From positions 1-64,000 of the forward strand of contig CAWHCQ010000021.1 of the NCBI GenBank assembly GCA_963827755.1: a stretch of DNA of 64,000 bases, given 5' to 3'. The notes under the pieces were generated by a model. It searched no databases, was not told the origin of the DNA, and saw nothing but the letters and a program-made list of their open reading frames with translations. A program made the translations under genes and the position numbers. Source of the DNA: an uncultured Gammaproteobacteria bacterium (lineage in GTDB: Bacteria > Pseudomonadota > Gammaproteobacteria > UBA9214). Shown piece after piece: positions 41,717 to 56,127 of this stretch (within the stretch, counting starts at the first letter, position 1; every line of letters begins with the position of its first letter).

Positions 41717-44029
41717 ATGAGCAAGAACCTCGTAATTGTTGAATCACCTGCCAAGTGCAAAACCATCAAGAAATACCTCGGCAAGGACTTTGAAGTCATG
41801 GCGTCCTATGGTCACGTACGCGACCTGGTACCCAAGGAAGGCGCCGTCGACCCCGAGAATGACTTCGCAATGCGTTACCAGCTGATCGAGCGGAATTCAA
41901 AACATGTAGACAGTATCGTCAGTGCGATGAAAAAATCAGACGCCCTGTACCTCGCAACTGACCCGGATCGCGAAGGTGAAGCCATCTCGTGGCACCTCTG
42001 CGAACTGCTCAAGGAACGCAAGATATTAAAAGATAAACCGGTGTACCGGGTTGCCTTCAACCAGATTACCAAGGGCGCCGTCAACGAGGCCATTGATCAT
42101 CCACGCAGCCTCTCCAGCGATCTGGTCAATGCCCAGCAGGCACGCCGCGCGCTCGACTACCTGGTGGGTTTCAACCTGTCGCCGCTGCTGTGGAAAAAGA
42201 TACGCCGCGGCCTCTCTGCAGGGCGCGTACAAAGCCCGGCCCTGTGCATGATCGTCGAGCGCGAAATCGCCATCGAGAATTTCAAACCACGCGAATACTG
42301 GACCCTGGAAGGCGACCTTGCAAAAGACAAGCAGAAATTCGTGGCACGGCTTACGCATTTACACGATGAAAAACTCAAACAGTTCTCCATTACCGACGAA
42401 ACCGCCGGCAACGCCGCAAAAAAGGAACTGTTAAAGGCCGCCAACGGCAAACTGGTTGTTGATGCAGTCGAGAAGAAAAAACGCAGGCGGAATCCTGCGG
42501 CACCGTTTACCACCTCTACCCTGCAGCAGGAGGCCTCACGCAAACTGGGCTTTACCGCCAGCCGCACCATGCGCATTGCCCAGCAGCTGTATGAAGGGAT
42601 GGAAATCGGCGGCGAGTCGGTCGGTCTTATTACCTACATGCGTACCGACTCGGTAAATCTTGCCGAGGAATCGCTCAAGGAACTGCGGGAATTCATAGGT
42701 GAACGCTTTGGCAAGGATGCCCTGCCCGGCGAGGCACGCACGTACAAGACCAAGGCAAAGAACGCACAGGAGGCGCATGAAGCCATTCGCCCGACAGATC
42801 CGCGCAACGTGCCTGAAGCGATCAAGAAATACCTGAGCGCCGAACAGCTCAAACTCTATGACCTGATCTGGAAACGCACAATTGCCTGCCAGATGATTCA
42901 CGCGTCCATCAACACTGTCAGCGTTGACTTCAACTGCGGTGATGGCAACCGCTTCCGCTCCACCGGCTCAACCATTGTCGACCCGGGTTTTATGGCCGTT
43001 TACATGGAAAGCGAGGATGACAAAAAGACGGACAGTGAAGAAAGCATGCTGCCACCCCTTGAGAAGGGTGACAGCTGCATACTGAATGACATCCGTGCAG
43101 ACCAGCATTTCACCGAGCCACCGCCACGCTTTTCCGAGGCAAGCCTGGTGAAGTCGCTGGAAGAATACGGCATCGGGCGACCATCGACCTATGCCACGAT
43201 CATTTCAACCCTGCAGGCGCGCGAATACGTGACGCTCGAAAAGAAGCGTTTTTACCCGACCGATGTAGGACGCGTGGTCAGCAAGTTCCTCACCGAGCAC
43301 TTCACCCAGTACGTGGATTACGACTTCACGGCAAAACTGGAAGACGAACTCGACGCGGTTGCACGCGGCGAAAAGGAATGGGTGCCACTGATGAAGGAAT
43401 TCTGGCAACCGTTCAAACACCAGGTCGACGACAAGGAGACCAGCGTCAAGCGCGAGGACGTCACCACCGAGGCAACGGATGAAAAATGTCCCAAGTGTGA
43501 AAAGCCCCTCAACATCCGGCTGGGCCGGCGCGGCCGCTTCATCGGCTGCAGCGGATACCCCGAGTGTGACTACACGCGCAACGTCGATGAAGAACACGGC
43601 AGTTCTGAACCGGAAGTTGTTGAAGGACGCAAATGTCCCGAGTGCGACTCGGACCTTATCATTCGTTCCGGGCGTTACGGAAAATTCATTGGCTGCAGCA
43701 GCTACCCGGACTGCAAATATATCGAGCCACTGGAAAAACCCGAAGACACCGGTGTGCAGTGCCCGCAGTGCAAGAAAGGCAATATCCTGAAACGCAAATC
43801 ACGCCGCGGGAAAATCTTCTTTTCCTGTGAACACTACCCGAAATGCGAATACGCCATCTGGAACATGCCGCTGGCACAGCCCTGCCCGATGTGTCACTGG
43901 CCGATCACGTCCATCAAGACCACCAAGCGCTCCGGTACCCAGCGCGTATGCCCGCAGCAGGAGTGTAAATTCGTGGAACCCTGGGATAAACCGATACCGG
44001 GCGCCGAGAAGGAATCCGGCGAGGCGTGA
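41717..44029 (+). CDS. topA: DNA topoisomerase I
   Basis: IVESPAK, ATDPDREGE, SAGRVQS, ITYMRTDS and C-terminal zinc ribbons. Confidence 0.97.
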   Translation: MSKNLVIVESPAKCKTIKKYLGKDFEVMASYGHVRDLVPKEGAVDPENDFAMRYQLIERNSKHVDSIVSAMKKSDALYLATDPDREGEAISWHLCELLKERKILKDKPVYRVAFNQITKGAVNEAIDHPRSLSSDLVNAQQARRALDYLVGFNLSPLLWKKIRRGLSAGRVQSPALCMIVEREIAIENFKPREYWTLEGDLAKDKQKFVARLTHLHDEKLKQFSITDETAGNAAKKELLKAANGKLVVDAVEKKKRRRNPAAPFTTSTLQQEASRKLGFTASRTMRIAQQLYEGMEIGGESVGLITYMRTDSVNLAEESLKELREFIGERFGKDALPGEARTYKTKAKNAQEAHEAIRPTDPRNVPEAIKKYLSAEQLKLYDLIWKRTIACQMIHASINTVSVDFNCGDGNRFRSTGSTIVDPGFMAVYMESEDDKKTDSEESMLPPLEKGDSCILNDIRADQHFTEPPPRFSEASLVKSLEEYGIGRPSTYATIISTLQAREYVTLEKKRFYPTDVGRVVSKFLTEHFTQYVDYDFTAKLEDELDAVARGEKEWVPLMKEFWQPFKHQVDDKETSVKREDVTTEATDEKCPKCEKPLNIRLGRRGRFIGCSGYPECDYTRNVDEEHGSSEPEVVEGRKCPECDSDLIIRSGRYGKFIGCSSYPDCKYIEPLEKPEDTGVQCPQCKKGNILKRKSRRGKIFFSCEHYPKCEYAIWNMPLAQPCPMCHWPITSIKTTKRSGTQRVCPQQECKFVEPWDKPIPGAEKESGEA

Positions 44030-44577
44030 GCTGGAAAATCCGCGAAGCGGTGCGCCGGCTTGAACACGGCGGAATAATCGCCTACCCCACGGAAACGGTA
44101 TACGGTCTCGGTTGTGATCCCTTCAATGCTGCAGCCGTGCTGCACCTGCTGGCACTGAAACAACGCAGTATCCGGCAAGGACTCGTCCTGGTTGCCAGTG
44201 ACCTTGCACAACTCAAGCCCCTGCTGCTGCCGCTGAGCCCTGCGACAAAATCCCGTGTTACAAAAACCGGGCCGGTTGCTACCACCTGGGTACTGCCGTG
44301 CCTGCCCGAAATACCTGCATGGCTGCGAGGCAGGCACGCAAGCCTTGCCGTTCGTATCACCACGCACCCGGTCGCTGCCGCACTTTGCAAACAATGGGGT
44401 GGCCCGCTGGTTTCAACCAGCGCCAACCTGCACGGCAGGCAACCGGCAACCGGTCCGCTCGCCGTACGCAAGGCGTTCAATGACCGGGTCGACTGCATCC
44501 TGCACGGCGAGCGCGGTAGCGGCCGGCCCAGCGAAATACGCGACGGAATATCCGGTAAAATCCTGCGCGGCAGCTAA
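44026..44577 (+). CDS. tsaC: L-threonylcarbamoyladenylate synthase
   Basis: AYPTETVYGLGCDP and STSAN. Confidence 0.94.
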   Translation: MSWKIREAVRRLEHGGIIAYPTETVYGLGCDPFNAAAVLHLLALKQRSIRQGLVLVASDLAQLKPLLLPLSPATKSRVTKTGPVATTWVLPCLPEIPAWLRGRHASLAVRITTHPVAAALCKQWGGPLVSTSANLHGRQPATGPLAVRKAFNDRVDCILHGERGSGRPSEIRDGISGKILRGS

Positions 44578-44591
44578 ACATGCAAAAAAAT

Positions 44592-44679
44592 TGCCACAGA
44601 GTGCATTGAGCACATAGAGGAAAAACCTTTCTCGCGCAAAGCCTTTTATTTATTATTTAACTCTGTGCCCTCTGTGGCA
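44592..44679. repeat. Intergenic inverted repeat of the CACAGAG/CTCTGTG type
   Basis: TGCCACAGAG (44592) and CTCTGTGGCA (44670), with additional cacatagag/ctctgtg units. Confidence 0.6.
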
Positions 44680-44686
44680 GCAATAG

Positions 44687-45649
<963 letters not shown>

Positions 45650-45959
45650 GTGCATTGCACAGCACGGAAAACACATTCCCGCCTGCCGGCATGAATCATG
45701 CAGACGGTTTGGAGCCCGGCAAGCGGGCCGGTGATCTCGTCCAGCTCAAGTCCCGGATTTCAGGCACCTGTGTACTGCGCAGCACAGCTTAAAATTAGAA
45801 TATAATTCGACACTTAACTACTATTCAGTCGCTTGCAAAGCTTTCTAGACAAAGTCTAGCCTGAGGTTTATGCTACGGAACAACGCAATACCCGAACAAA
45901 CGAACATTCAGCGATATTTGCAATTTTAAGTGAACTCACCGAGACACCATGTTTCTTGA

Positions 45960-48205
<2,246 letters not shown>

Positions 48206-48351
48206 TCCCTGTGGAAAAAGGTGCTCGAAAGCCTCTGAAACAAGGCTTGATTCGAGCGCCGGGTCAGGTCCTGAAATGAGCTTCGCAAGCTTTTCGTGAC
48301 TCATGTAAACACGAACGGCGGCGTGCAACCGGCGCCTGTAAAGCAGCAGGC

Positions 48352-48377
48352 AAAAAAAACCCGCCTTTCGGCGGGTT
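48352..48377 (-). terminator. Rho-independent terminator
   Basis: The minus strand reads AACCCGCC-GAAA-GGCGGG-TTTTTTTT. Confidence 0.85.
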
Positions 48378-48490
48378 GAAAACGCCTTTCGGCGTCGGAG
48401 GAGCCATTGAAACCGGTGTCTCTGCAATCCGGCCCGGGCTGTTGTGATACACCCGGACCCATTGCAGAACGCACCACATAGCGCTCTCTG
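48352..48490 (-). ncRNA. Candidate sigma-28-dependent small RNA (~140 nt)
   Basis: Exact sigma-28 promoter upstream, a long 5' hairpin, single-stranded CUCCUCC, two GAAA-tetraloop hairpins and a U8 tail. Confidence 0.6.
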
Positions 48491-48496
48491 CTCAGG

Positions 48497-48523
48497 TTAT
48501 CGGCGTGTACAGGAGTAACTTTA
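48497..48523 (-). promoter_or_regulatory. Sigma-28 (FliA) promoter
   Basis: The minus strand reads TAAA-gttactcctgtacac(15 nt)-GCCGATAA, with the extended TAAAGTT. Confidence 0.82.
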
Positions 48524-48694
48524 GAGGCTCGCAGCCGGAAAATCTGTAATATTATGTTTTATATGAATATTTAGTGTTTACAAGCGGCACAGGAGCGCCT
48601 TGCAGGCGCGATTCGATCCCCCGTACCGGCGCAAATACTTCTTGAATCGAAGAGCCACAGGGGAAACAAATGACACCCGGGACTTATTTATTAT

Positions 48695-49277
48695 CTAGCC
48701 GACGGTATCCCGGTGCGTATTTTCAGGGCGCCTGCCTGTGCCTGCCTGCAGGCGCTTTATAACCCTGGCTTCTGTTAACAGGGATTCCAGCTCAAGTGGC
48801 GCTGCAGGCACTGGATGATAACGGCAAGCAGGCGAGCAATTCATGCTGCCTGACCAGGTGAAAATAATCCGGGGTACCGAGATAATCGACCGCAAGCGAA
48901 AAGCCGTTGTCCAGGTGTTCCAGGGCATGCCGGTATTTACAACTGATCAACAACTGCCCGTACACCAGTTCCAGCAAGGCACGCTCACGGTCATTCCCGG
49001 TCGATGCTGCCAGTTGCCCGTAATCCGGCTCAATGCTGCGACCCATCCAGAAATTGCAGGCAAGCATTAGCACATGCAACTGGAAACAGTCCACGCCTTC
49101 ACACAAGCGTGAACGCAGCCCGTATTGTGCAATTGCCGCCAGCGCCTCTGCCAGGTCCTTGCCGACGGGATCGGCGTACCAGGCGGACAGTGAGACCGGC
49201 TGCCGGTCCAGCAGCCGGGTTACCGGTAACCCCGCATCGGCGGCATCCACAAGCTGTTTTGCCTGTTTCATTTCCAT
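48695..49277 (-). CDS. Hypothetical protein, probably one gene with a +1 frameshift at ~48813
   Basis: ORF 48792..49277 (...LELVYGQLLISCK...HELLACLPLS) continues after removing one base as VPAAPLELESLLTEARVIKRL...HRDTVG*. Confidence 0.6.
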
Positions 49278-49341
49278 TTTTTCAGCTTACACGCGGACAG
49301 ACCGCAATGGTACATTGCCGCCGGGCACGCACAGGAACTGA

Positions 49342-50421
<1,080 letters not shown>

Positions 50422-50428
50422 GCTGACT

Positions 50429-51238
50429 ATGGATCGCTATGCCGTCATGGGTAACCCGGTTGCCCACAGCAAGTCGCCACGCATTCACCGGATGTTTGCC
50501 GTACAAACCGGCCAGGAACTGGAATACAGCGCCATTCTTGTCGAACCCGGCAACTTCGCCGCTGCGGTTGCCGAATTCCAGTCACAGGGAGGCAATGGCC
50601 TGAACATCACCGTGCCGTTCAAGCAGGAGGCATGGGCCCTGTCCGACAGGCGCAGCGATCGCGCGGAACGTGCCGGCGCAGTCAATACACTGTTACTGGT
50701 CAAATCCGGCAGGCACTTCGGTGACAACACCGATGGCGCGGGACTGGTTCGCGACCTGACGTTCAATCACGGCGCAGCACTCGCCGGTAAAAGGCTGCTG
50801 CTGCTCGGTGCAGGCGGCGCCGCACGCGGTGTCATCGAACCCCTGCTGCATGAAAGACCGGCCCTGCTGGTCATAGCCAATCGCACGGCCGACAAGGCCG
50901 TGGCGCTGGCGCGCAGCTTTTGCGACCTGGGACATACAGAGGGCTGCGGCCTGGATGAACCGGAAGGGCAGCACTTCGACATCATCATCAATGCAACCGC
51001 CGCCAGCCTCTCGGGACAGGTACCTGCCCTGCCGGCGAGCGTGGTCACTCCCCAAAGCTGGTGCTATGACATGATGTACGCAAACGAACCGACCGCCTTC
51101 ATGAACTGGGCAAGTGAGCAGGGGGCGCTCAGGGTCATGGATGGCCTGGGCATGCTGGTGGAGCAGGCCGCCGAATCATTTTTCCTGTGGCGCGGAATAC
51201 GCCCGGACACGGCACCGGTTATTAACGCCTTGCGATAG
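50429..51238 (+). CDS. aroE: Shikimate dehydrogenase
   Basis: HSKSP, NITVPFK, GAVNT, NTDG, GAGGAA and GMLVEQA. Confidence 0.96.
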   Translation: MDRYAVMGNPVAHSKSPRIHRMFAVQTGQELEYSAILVEPGNFAAAVAEFQSQGGNGLNITVPFKQEAWALSDRRSDRAERAGAVNTLLLVKSGRHFGDNTDGAGLVRDLTFNHGAALAGKRLLLLGAGGAARGVIEPLLHERPALLVIANRTADKAVALARSFCDLGHTEGCGLDEPEGQHFDIIINATAASLSGQVPALPASVVTPQSWCYDMMYANEPTAFMNWASEQGALRVMDGLGMLVEQAAESFFLWRGIRPDTAPVINALR

Positions 51239-51248
51239 GTGGCTTCGG

Positions 51249-51782
51249 TCAGACACCGGCAAGGTGGCGGTTTTTCAGTTCGACGTAATGGCGGGCAGAA
51301 TAATCGAGAAAGGCCTGTTCCTCCTCGCTCAGCGGCCGCACCTTGCGTGCCGGTGAACCGACCCAGAGGAAACCGCCTTCCAGTTCGCGTCCGGGAGGTA
51401 CCAGGCTGCCCGCGCCGAGGATTGCACCGGAACGCAGCAGCGCACCATCCATGACCGTGGCAGCCATGCCGACAAGGCAACGGTCCTCGATGGTGCAACC
51501 GTGCAGAATGGCCTGGTGCCCGACGGTAATATCCGCCCCGATCGTCAGGGGAAATCCGCCCGGTGCAAATTCACTGTCATGACTGACGTGCAGGATAGTG
51601 CCATCCTGGATATTGGTGCGCGCCCCGATCTCGATACTGTTCACATCACCCCGGGCCACCACCTTGGGCCAGAGTGAAACATCCTCGGCAATCCTGACCG
51701 CCCCGATCACCAGTGCAGTTTCATCCACGAAGGCCGAAGCCGCAATCTGCGGCACATTTTTTTCAAACGTCCTGATCGTCAC
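51249..51782 (-). CDS. Gamma carbonic anhydrase family protein (YrdA-like)
   Basis: RGDVN, NIQDGTILH, VGH..ILHGC and hexapeptide repeats. Confidence 0.93.
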   Translation of the reverse strand: MTIRTFEKNVPQIAASAFVDETALVIGAVRIAEDVSLWPKVVARGDVNSIEIGARTNIQDGTILHVSHDSEFAPGGFPLTIGADITVGHQAILHGCTIEDRCLVGMAATVMDGALLRSGAILGAGSLVPPGRELEGGFLWVGSPARKVRPLSEEEQAFLDYSARHYVELKNRHLAGV

Positions 51783-51945
51783 AAGGCCACCTCTATCCGC
51801 AAGTCCGAAACACGCGCGGGAAAAATGCCCGCGCACGGCAAGCGGCAAAGTGTCAGGTATTCACCATGCGGTTGCAAGGCGCACATGCTAAAGTAGGAAT
51901 CTGCAAAATTCGTATTTAACCCTGTTAATCAAAGGTATTTCCAGC

Positions 51946-54027
51946 ATGACAAATCCGCTGCTTGAACTTACAGGACTGCCGCCGTTTTCCAGGATCAAGC
52001 CCGGGCATGTCGAACCGGCCATCGATCAATTACTGGATGAGGCGCGCAATCAGGTTGAAAAACTGCTTGCCGGTAATGCCGAATACAGCTGGGAAAACCT
52101 GGTTACTCCGCTGGAAGAAATGAACGACAGGATCAACCGCGCCTGGTCACCGGTGAGTCATATGAACTCGGTCGTCAACTCGAATGCACTGCGCGATGCC
52201 TACAATGCCTGCCTGCCGAAACTCAGTGAATATGCTACCGAAATGGGCCAGCACAAGGGCCTTTACCAGGCCTACCGGCAGATCGCCGACGGCGAAGAAT
52301 ACACGCGCCTGGATACCGCACAGAAAAAAATCATTGATAACGAACTGCGTGATTTCCGCCTGTCCGGCATCGAACTCGGCCAGGTCTCACAGGACCGCTA
52401 CAAGGCAGTCATGCAGGAACTCTCGAAACTCACCGCGCAATTCAGTGACAACGTGCTCGATGCCACCAATGCCTGGCACAAACAGATCAGCGATGAAGCC
52501 CTGCTGGAAGGCCTGCCGGAAAGCGCCCGCTCACTGGCGAAACAGACCGCCGAACAGCGCGACATGGACGGCTGGGTGTTCACCCTGGAGTTTCCCTCCT
52601 ACATCCCGGTCATGACCTATGCCGACAACCGCAAGTTACGTGAGGAGATGTACACGGCCTATGTGACGCGCGCATCCGACCAGGGACCGGAGAAGGTGAG
52701 ACCGGGAACCGGTCGAGAGGCTGGCCTGGGCCATGCCGGCAAGTGGGACAACACGCCGACCATGAACCGGATACTTGAATTGCGCCATGAAGCATCCATG
52801 TTGCTGGAGTTTGACAATTACGCAGAACGTTCACTGGCCACCAAGATGGCGGAATCGGTCGACCAGGTAAACGCCTTCCTGAATGACCTGGCGGCACGCT
52901 CGAAGGGCCCGGCAGCGAAGGAGCTGGATGAGGTGCGTACCTTTGCCGGCAACCAGTACGGTATCAGTAATCTGCAGGCATGGGACATCGGCTATTACTC
53001 GGAAAAATTGCGCCAGCGGAAATATGCAATCTCACAGGAAGAGCTGAAACCCTATTTCCCCGAACCCCGGGTAATAAACGGCCTGTTTGCAATCGTGCAG
53101 CGGCTCTACGGGCTGCAGATCAAGGCCGTTGAAGGCATCGACCGCTGGCATGACGATGTACATTTTTATCGCATCCATGATGCTGCCGGCGAACTGCGCG
53201 GCGAATTCTTCCTTGACCTGTATGCGCGCCAGCACAAGCGTGGCGGCGCATGGATGGATGAATGCATCAGTCGCCGGCGCACCGCAAGCGGCCTGCAAAC
53301 CCCGGTAGCCTACCTGACCTGCAACTTCTCGCCCCCCATCGGGGATGACCCGGCACTGTTCACCCATGACGAGGTAATCACCCTGTTCCACGAGTTCGGA
53401 CATGGCCTGCACCACATGCTGACACAGGTTGATTATGCCGGCGTTTCCGGCATCAGCGGCGTCGCCTGGGATGCCGTCGAACTGCCCAGCCAGTTCATGG
53501 AGAACTGGTGCTGGGAGCGCGAGGCGCTGGACCTGTTCGCCGCTCATTATGAAAGCGGCGCAAGGATTCCGGATGAACTGTACCAACGCATGATTGCAGC
53601 AAAAAACTTCCAGTCCGCCATGCAGATGCTGCGCCAGGTGGAGTTCGCCCTGTTTGATTTTCGCATGCACATGGAATACCAGCCGGGACAAAACAATGAT
53701 ATCCATGCGACCCTCAACGCGGTTCGCAAGCAGGTCGCCGTGATCCAGCCGCCCGCTTTCAACCGCTTTGAAAACGGCTTCACGCATATCTTCGGCGGTG
53801 GCTATGCCGCCGGTTACTACAGCTATAAGTGGGCAGAGGTGCTGTCGGCGGACGCCTTCTCCGCCTTCGAGGAAACCGGCATCTTCAACAGCGAAACCGG
53901 CAAGCGATTCCTCAACAGCATTCTTGAACAGGGCGGCTCCCGCGAGCCAATGGAACTGTTCATCGAATTCCGCGGCCGCGAACCGAGCATCGATGCACTG
54001 CTGCGCCACAGCGGCCTGGCAGCATAA
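51946..54027 (+). CDS. prlC: Oligopeptidase A
   Basis: MTNPLL, KRGGAWMD, HEFGH and GYAAGYYSYKWAE. Confidence 0.96.
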   Translation: MTNPLLELTGLPPFSRIKPGHVEPAIDQLLDEARNQVEKLLAGNAEYSWENLVTPLEEMNDRINRAWSPVSHMNSVVNSNALRDAYNACLPKLSEYATEMGQHKGLYQAYRQIADGEEYTRLDTAQKKIIDNELRDFRLSGIELGQVSQDRYKAVMQELSKLTAQFSDNVLDATNAWHKQISDEALLEGLPESARSLAKQTAEQRDMDGWVFTLEFPSYIPVMTYADNRKLREEMYTAYVTRASDQGPEKVRPGTGREAGLGHAGKWDNTPTMNRILELRHEASMLLEFDNYAERSLATKMAESVDQVNAFLNDLAARSKGPAAKELDEVRTFAGNQYGISNLQAWDIGYYSEKLRQRKYAISQEELKPYFPEPRVINGLFAIVQRLYGLQIKAVEGIDRWHDDVHFYRIHDAAGELRGEFFLDLYARQHKRGGAWMDECISRRRTASGLQTPVAYLTCNFSPPIGDDPALFTHDEVITLFHEFGHGLHHMLTQVDYAGVSGISGVAWDAVELPSQFMENWCWEREALDLFAAHYESGARIPDELYQRMIAAKNFQSAMQMLRQVEFALFDFRMHMEYQPGQNNDIHATLNAVRKQVAVIQPPAFNRFENGFTHIFGGGYAAGYYSYKWAEVLSADAFSAFEETGIFNSETGKRFLNSILEQGGSREPMELFIEFRGREPSIDALLRHSGLAA

Positions 54028-54035
54028 TCGTCCGG

Positions 54036-54144
54036 AAATTGCAGGAGCCAGCGCCAGCTGGCGAAGGGTTCTGATAAATTGCAGGAGCCAGCGCCAGCTG
54101 GCGAATAACTCGCCTGGTGTTCGCGAGCTTGCGCTCGCTCCTAC
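54036..54144. repeat. REP cluster: two 30-nt direct copies plus one inverted copy
   Basis: aaattgcaggagccagcgccagctggcgaa at 54036 and 54076, then ttcgcgagcttgcgctcgctcctac at 54120. Confidence 0.8.
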
Positions 54145-54177
54145 GTGATATAGACATACAAGCAGGACAGGAAAAAG

Positions 54178-54942
54178 ATGAAAATAGCCACCTGGAACGT
54201 CAACTCCCTCAAGGTACGCCTGCCCCACGTGCTCGACTGGCTGGCTGCTGCTGATCCGGACGTACTCTGCCTGCAGGAAACAAAACTGACCGACGAGAAT
54301 TTCCCGGCGGACGACATCGAGGCCGCCGGCTATCATGTCATCTATTCCGGGCAAAAAACCTACAACGGCGTGGCCATCATCAGTAAACAGGAAGCCAGCG
54401 ATATCATTACCGACGTGCCGGGGCTTGATGATCCGCAGCGGCGCATTCTCGGAGCAACCATTGACGGCATACGCATCCTCAACCTGTATGTTGTCAACGG
54501 CCAGGAAGTCGGTAGTGAAAAATTTGCCTACAAGCTGGAGTGGCTTTCAAAGATAGCGGACTACATCGAGATGCAGATGAAACAGCACGGGCTTTTCGTC
54601 ACCCTCGGCGACTTCAATATTGCGCCGGAAGATCGTGACGTGCATGACCCGGATGCCTGGAGAGAACGGATTCTCTGCAGCACACCGGAGCGCAATGCGC
54701 TGCAACATATTCTCGACCTGGGGCTGAAAGACACGTTCCGCTTGTTCGAGCAGGAAGAAAAGAGTTTCAGCTGGTGGGACTACCGCGCTGCCGCCTTCCG
54801 GCGCAACATGGGTTTGCGAATTGACCTGATCCTGGCCAGTAATGCACTCTGTGAAAAATGCAGTGCCTGCAATATTGACAGGGAACCCCGGCAACTTGAG
54901 CGTCCTTCAGATCACACGCCCGTGTATGCCGTGTTCAGCTAG
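54178..54942 (+). CDS. xth: Exodeoxyribonuclease III
   Basis: TWNVNS, LQETK, GDFN, WWDYR, RID and SDHTP. Confidence 0.96.
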   Translation: MKIATWNVNSLKVRLPHVLDWLAAADPDVLCLQETKLTDENFPADDIEAAGYHVIYSGQKTYNGVAIISKQEASDIITDVPGLDDPQRRILGATIDGIRILNLYVVNGQEVGSEKFAYKLEWLSKIADYIEMQMKQHGLFVTLGDFNIAPEDRDVHDPDAWRERILCSTPERNALQHILDLGLKDTFRLFEQEEKSFSWWDYRAAAFRRNMGLRIDLILASNALCEKCSACNIDREPRQLERPSDHTPVYAVFS

Positions 54943-55074
54943 CCTTGCCGTCGTCATGCATACGATCCCGGCCACGCCGCTCACGAACTCACCCGTCGAC
55001 AGAGATAATCCGGTTTATCTTCATCTTTAAATCAGCGACAATGCCCGGCCCTGTTACCGGGACGTATTTTCTGC

Positions 55075-56127
55075 ATGCCCTATCAAGTCACCATACAATC
55101 CAGCGGCCATCGCTTCATCGTTGAAGAACCGGAATCCGTGCTCGATGCCGCACTGCGGCAGGGCGTTATCATGCCTTACGGCTGCCGTAACGGTGCCTGC
55201 GGAAAATGCATGGGTACGGTGTTGTCGGGTAATGTCGCCTACAAGAATGGCCCGCCACCGGCACTCAGTGACAGGGATGCGGCAGACAACAAGGCACTGT
55301 TCTGCCAGGCGCAGCCATCCGCCGACCTGACTATCGATGTACGCGAAGTCGATGCCGCCCGCGACATCGAAATAAAAACGCTGCCGAGCCGCGCTGAAAA
55401 AATCGAACACCTCGCACATGACGTGATTCGCATCTACCTGAGAATGCCGGCCACCGAGCGGCTGCAATTTCTTGCCGGCCAGTACATCGATGTGCTGATC
55501 AAGGACCACGAACCGCGGTCGTTCTCGATTGCCAACGCCCCCCATGATGATGAATTTATCGAGCTGCATATCCGTTTCGTGGCAGGCGGCCTGTTTACCG
55601 ACCAGGTATTTCACCACATGAAAGAAAAGGTCATGCTGCGGATCAGGGGGCCGTTGGGCACTTTTTTCCTGCGCGAGGATACCCAGCGTCCCGTCATACT
55701 GATTGGTGGCGGTACCGGCTTTGCACCCCTCAAGGGAATTCTCGAGCATGCCTTTGAAATCGGCATTACCCGTCCGCTGCACCTTTTCCGGGGCGTACGC
55801 GCCAGGCGTGACCTGTATCTCGACGAGCTGCCGGGACAATGGCTGCAGGAGCACTCGAATTTCAGTTACACGCCGGTACTTTCCGAACCACGGGAAGAAG
55901 ATAACTGGATTGGTGAAACCGGCTTTGTTACAGACGTGGTTCTGAAGCAGTACCCGAGGCTCGAGGAATATGACGTCTACATGAGCGGCCCACCGGTCAT
56001 GGTCGAGACCGGGCACAAGCTGTTCAGGCAAAACGGTCTCGACGAATCACGCTTCTTCTCGGACTCCTTCGTCTATGCCGCCGTCGCAGAAAACATCAAG
56101 GGCCTGAAACGGGATCAGGCGGAATGA
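55075..56127 (+). CDS. 2Fe-2S ferredoxin-NAD(P)H reductase (CDP-6-deoxy-delta-3,4-glucoseen reductase family)
   Basis: CRNGACGKC...C, RSFSIAN, GGTGFAP and SGPP. Confidence 0.9.
   Translation: MPYQVTIQSSGHRFIVEEPESVLDAALRQGVIMPYGCRNGACGKCMGTVLSGNVAYKNGPPPALSDRDAADNKALFCQAQPSADLTIDVREVDAARDIEIKTLPSRAEKIEHLAHDVIRIYLRMPATERLQFLAGQYIDVLIKDHEPRSFSIANAPHDDEFIELHIRFVAGGLFTDQVFHHMKEKVMLRIRGPLGTFFLREDTQRPVILIGGGTGFAPLKGILEHAFEIGITRPLHLFRGVRARRDLYLDELPGQWLQEHSNFSYTPVLSEPREEDNWIGETGFVTDVVLKQYPRLEEYDVYMSGPPVMVETGHKLFRQNGLDESRFFSDSFVYAAVAENIKGLKRDQAE

Noticed and set aside
48264-48479. 71-aa minus-strand ORF downstream of the sigma-28 promoter
   Set aside because: It runs through a strong terminator, has only a weak RBS and no protein-like features; a non-coding RNA explains the region better.
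54036-54105. Two 30-nt direct repeats considered as a mini CRISPR array
   Set aside because: There are only two copies with a 10-nt spacer, the sequence is REP-like and no cas genes are present.
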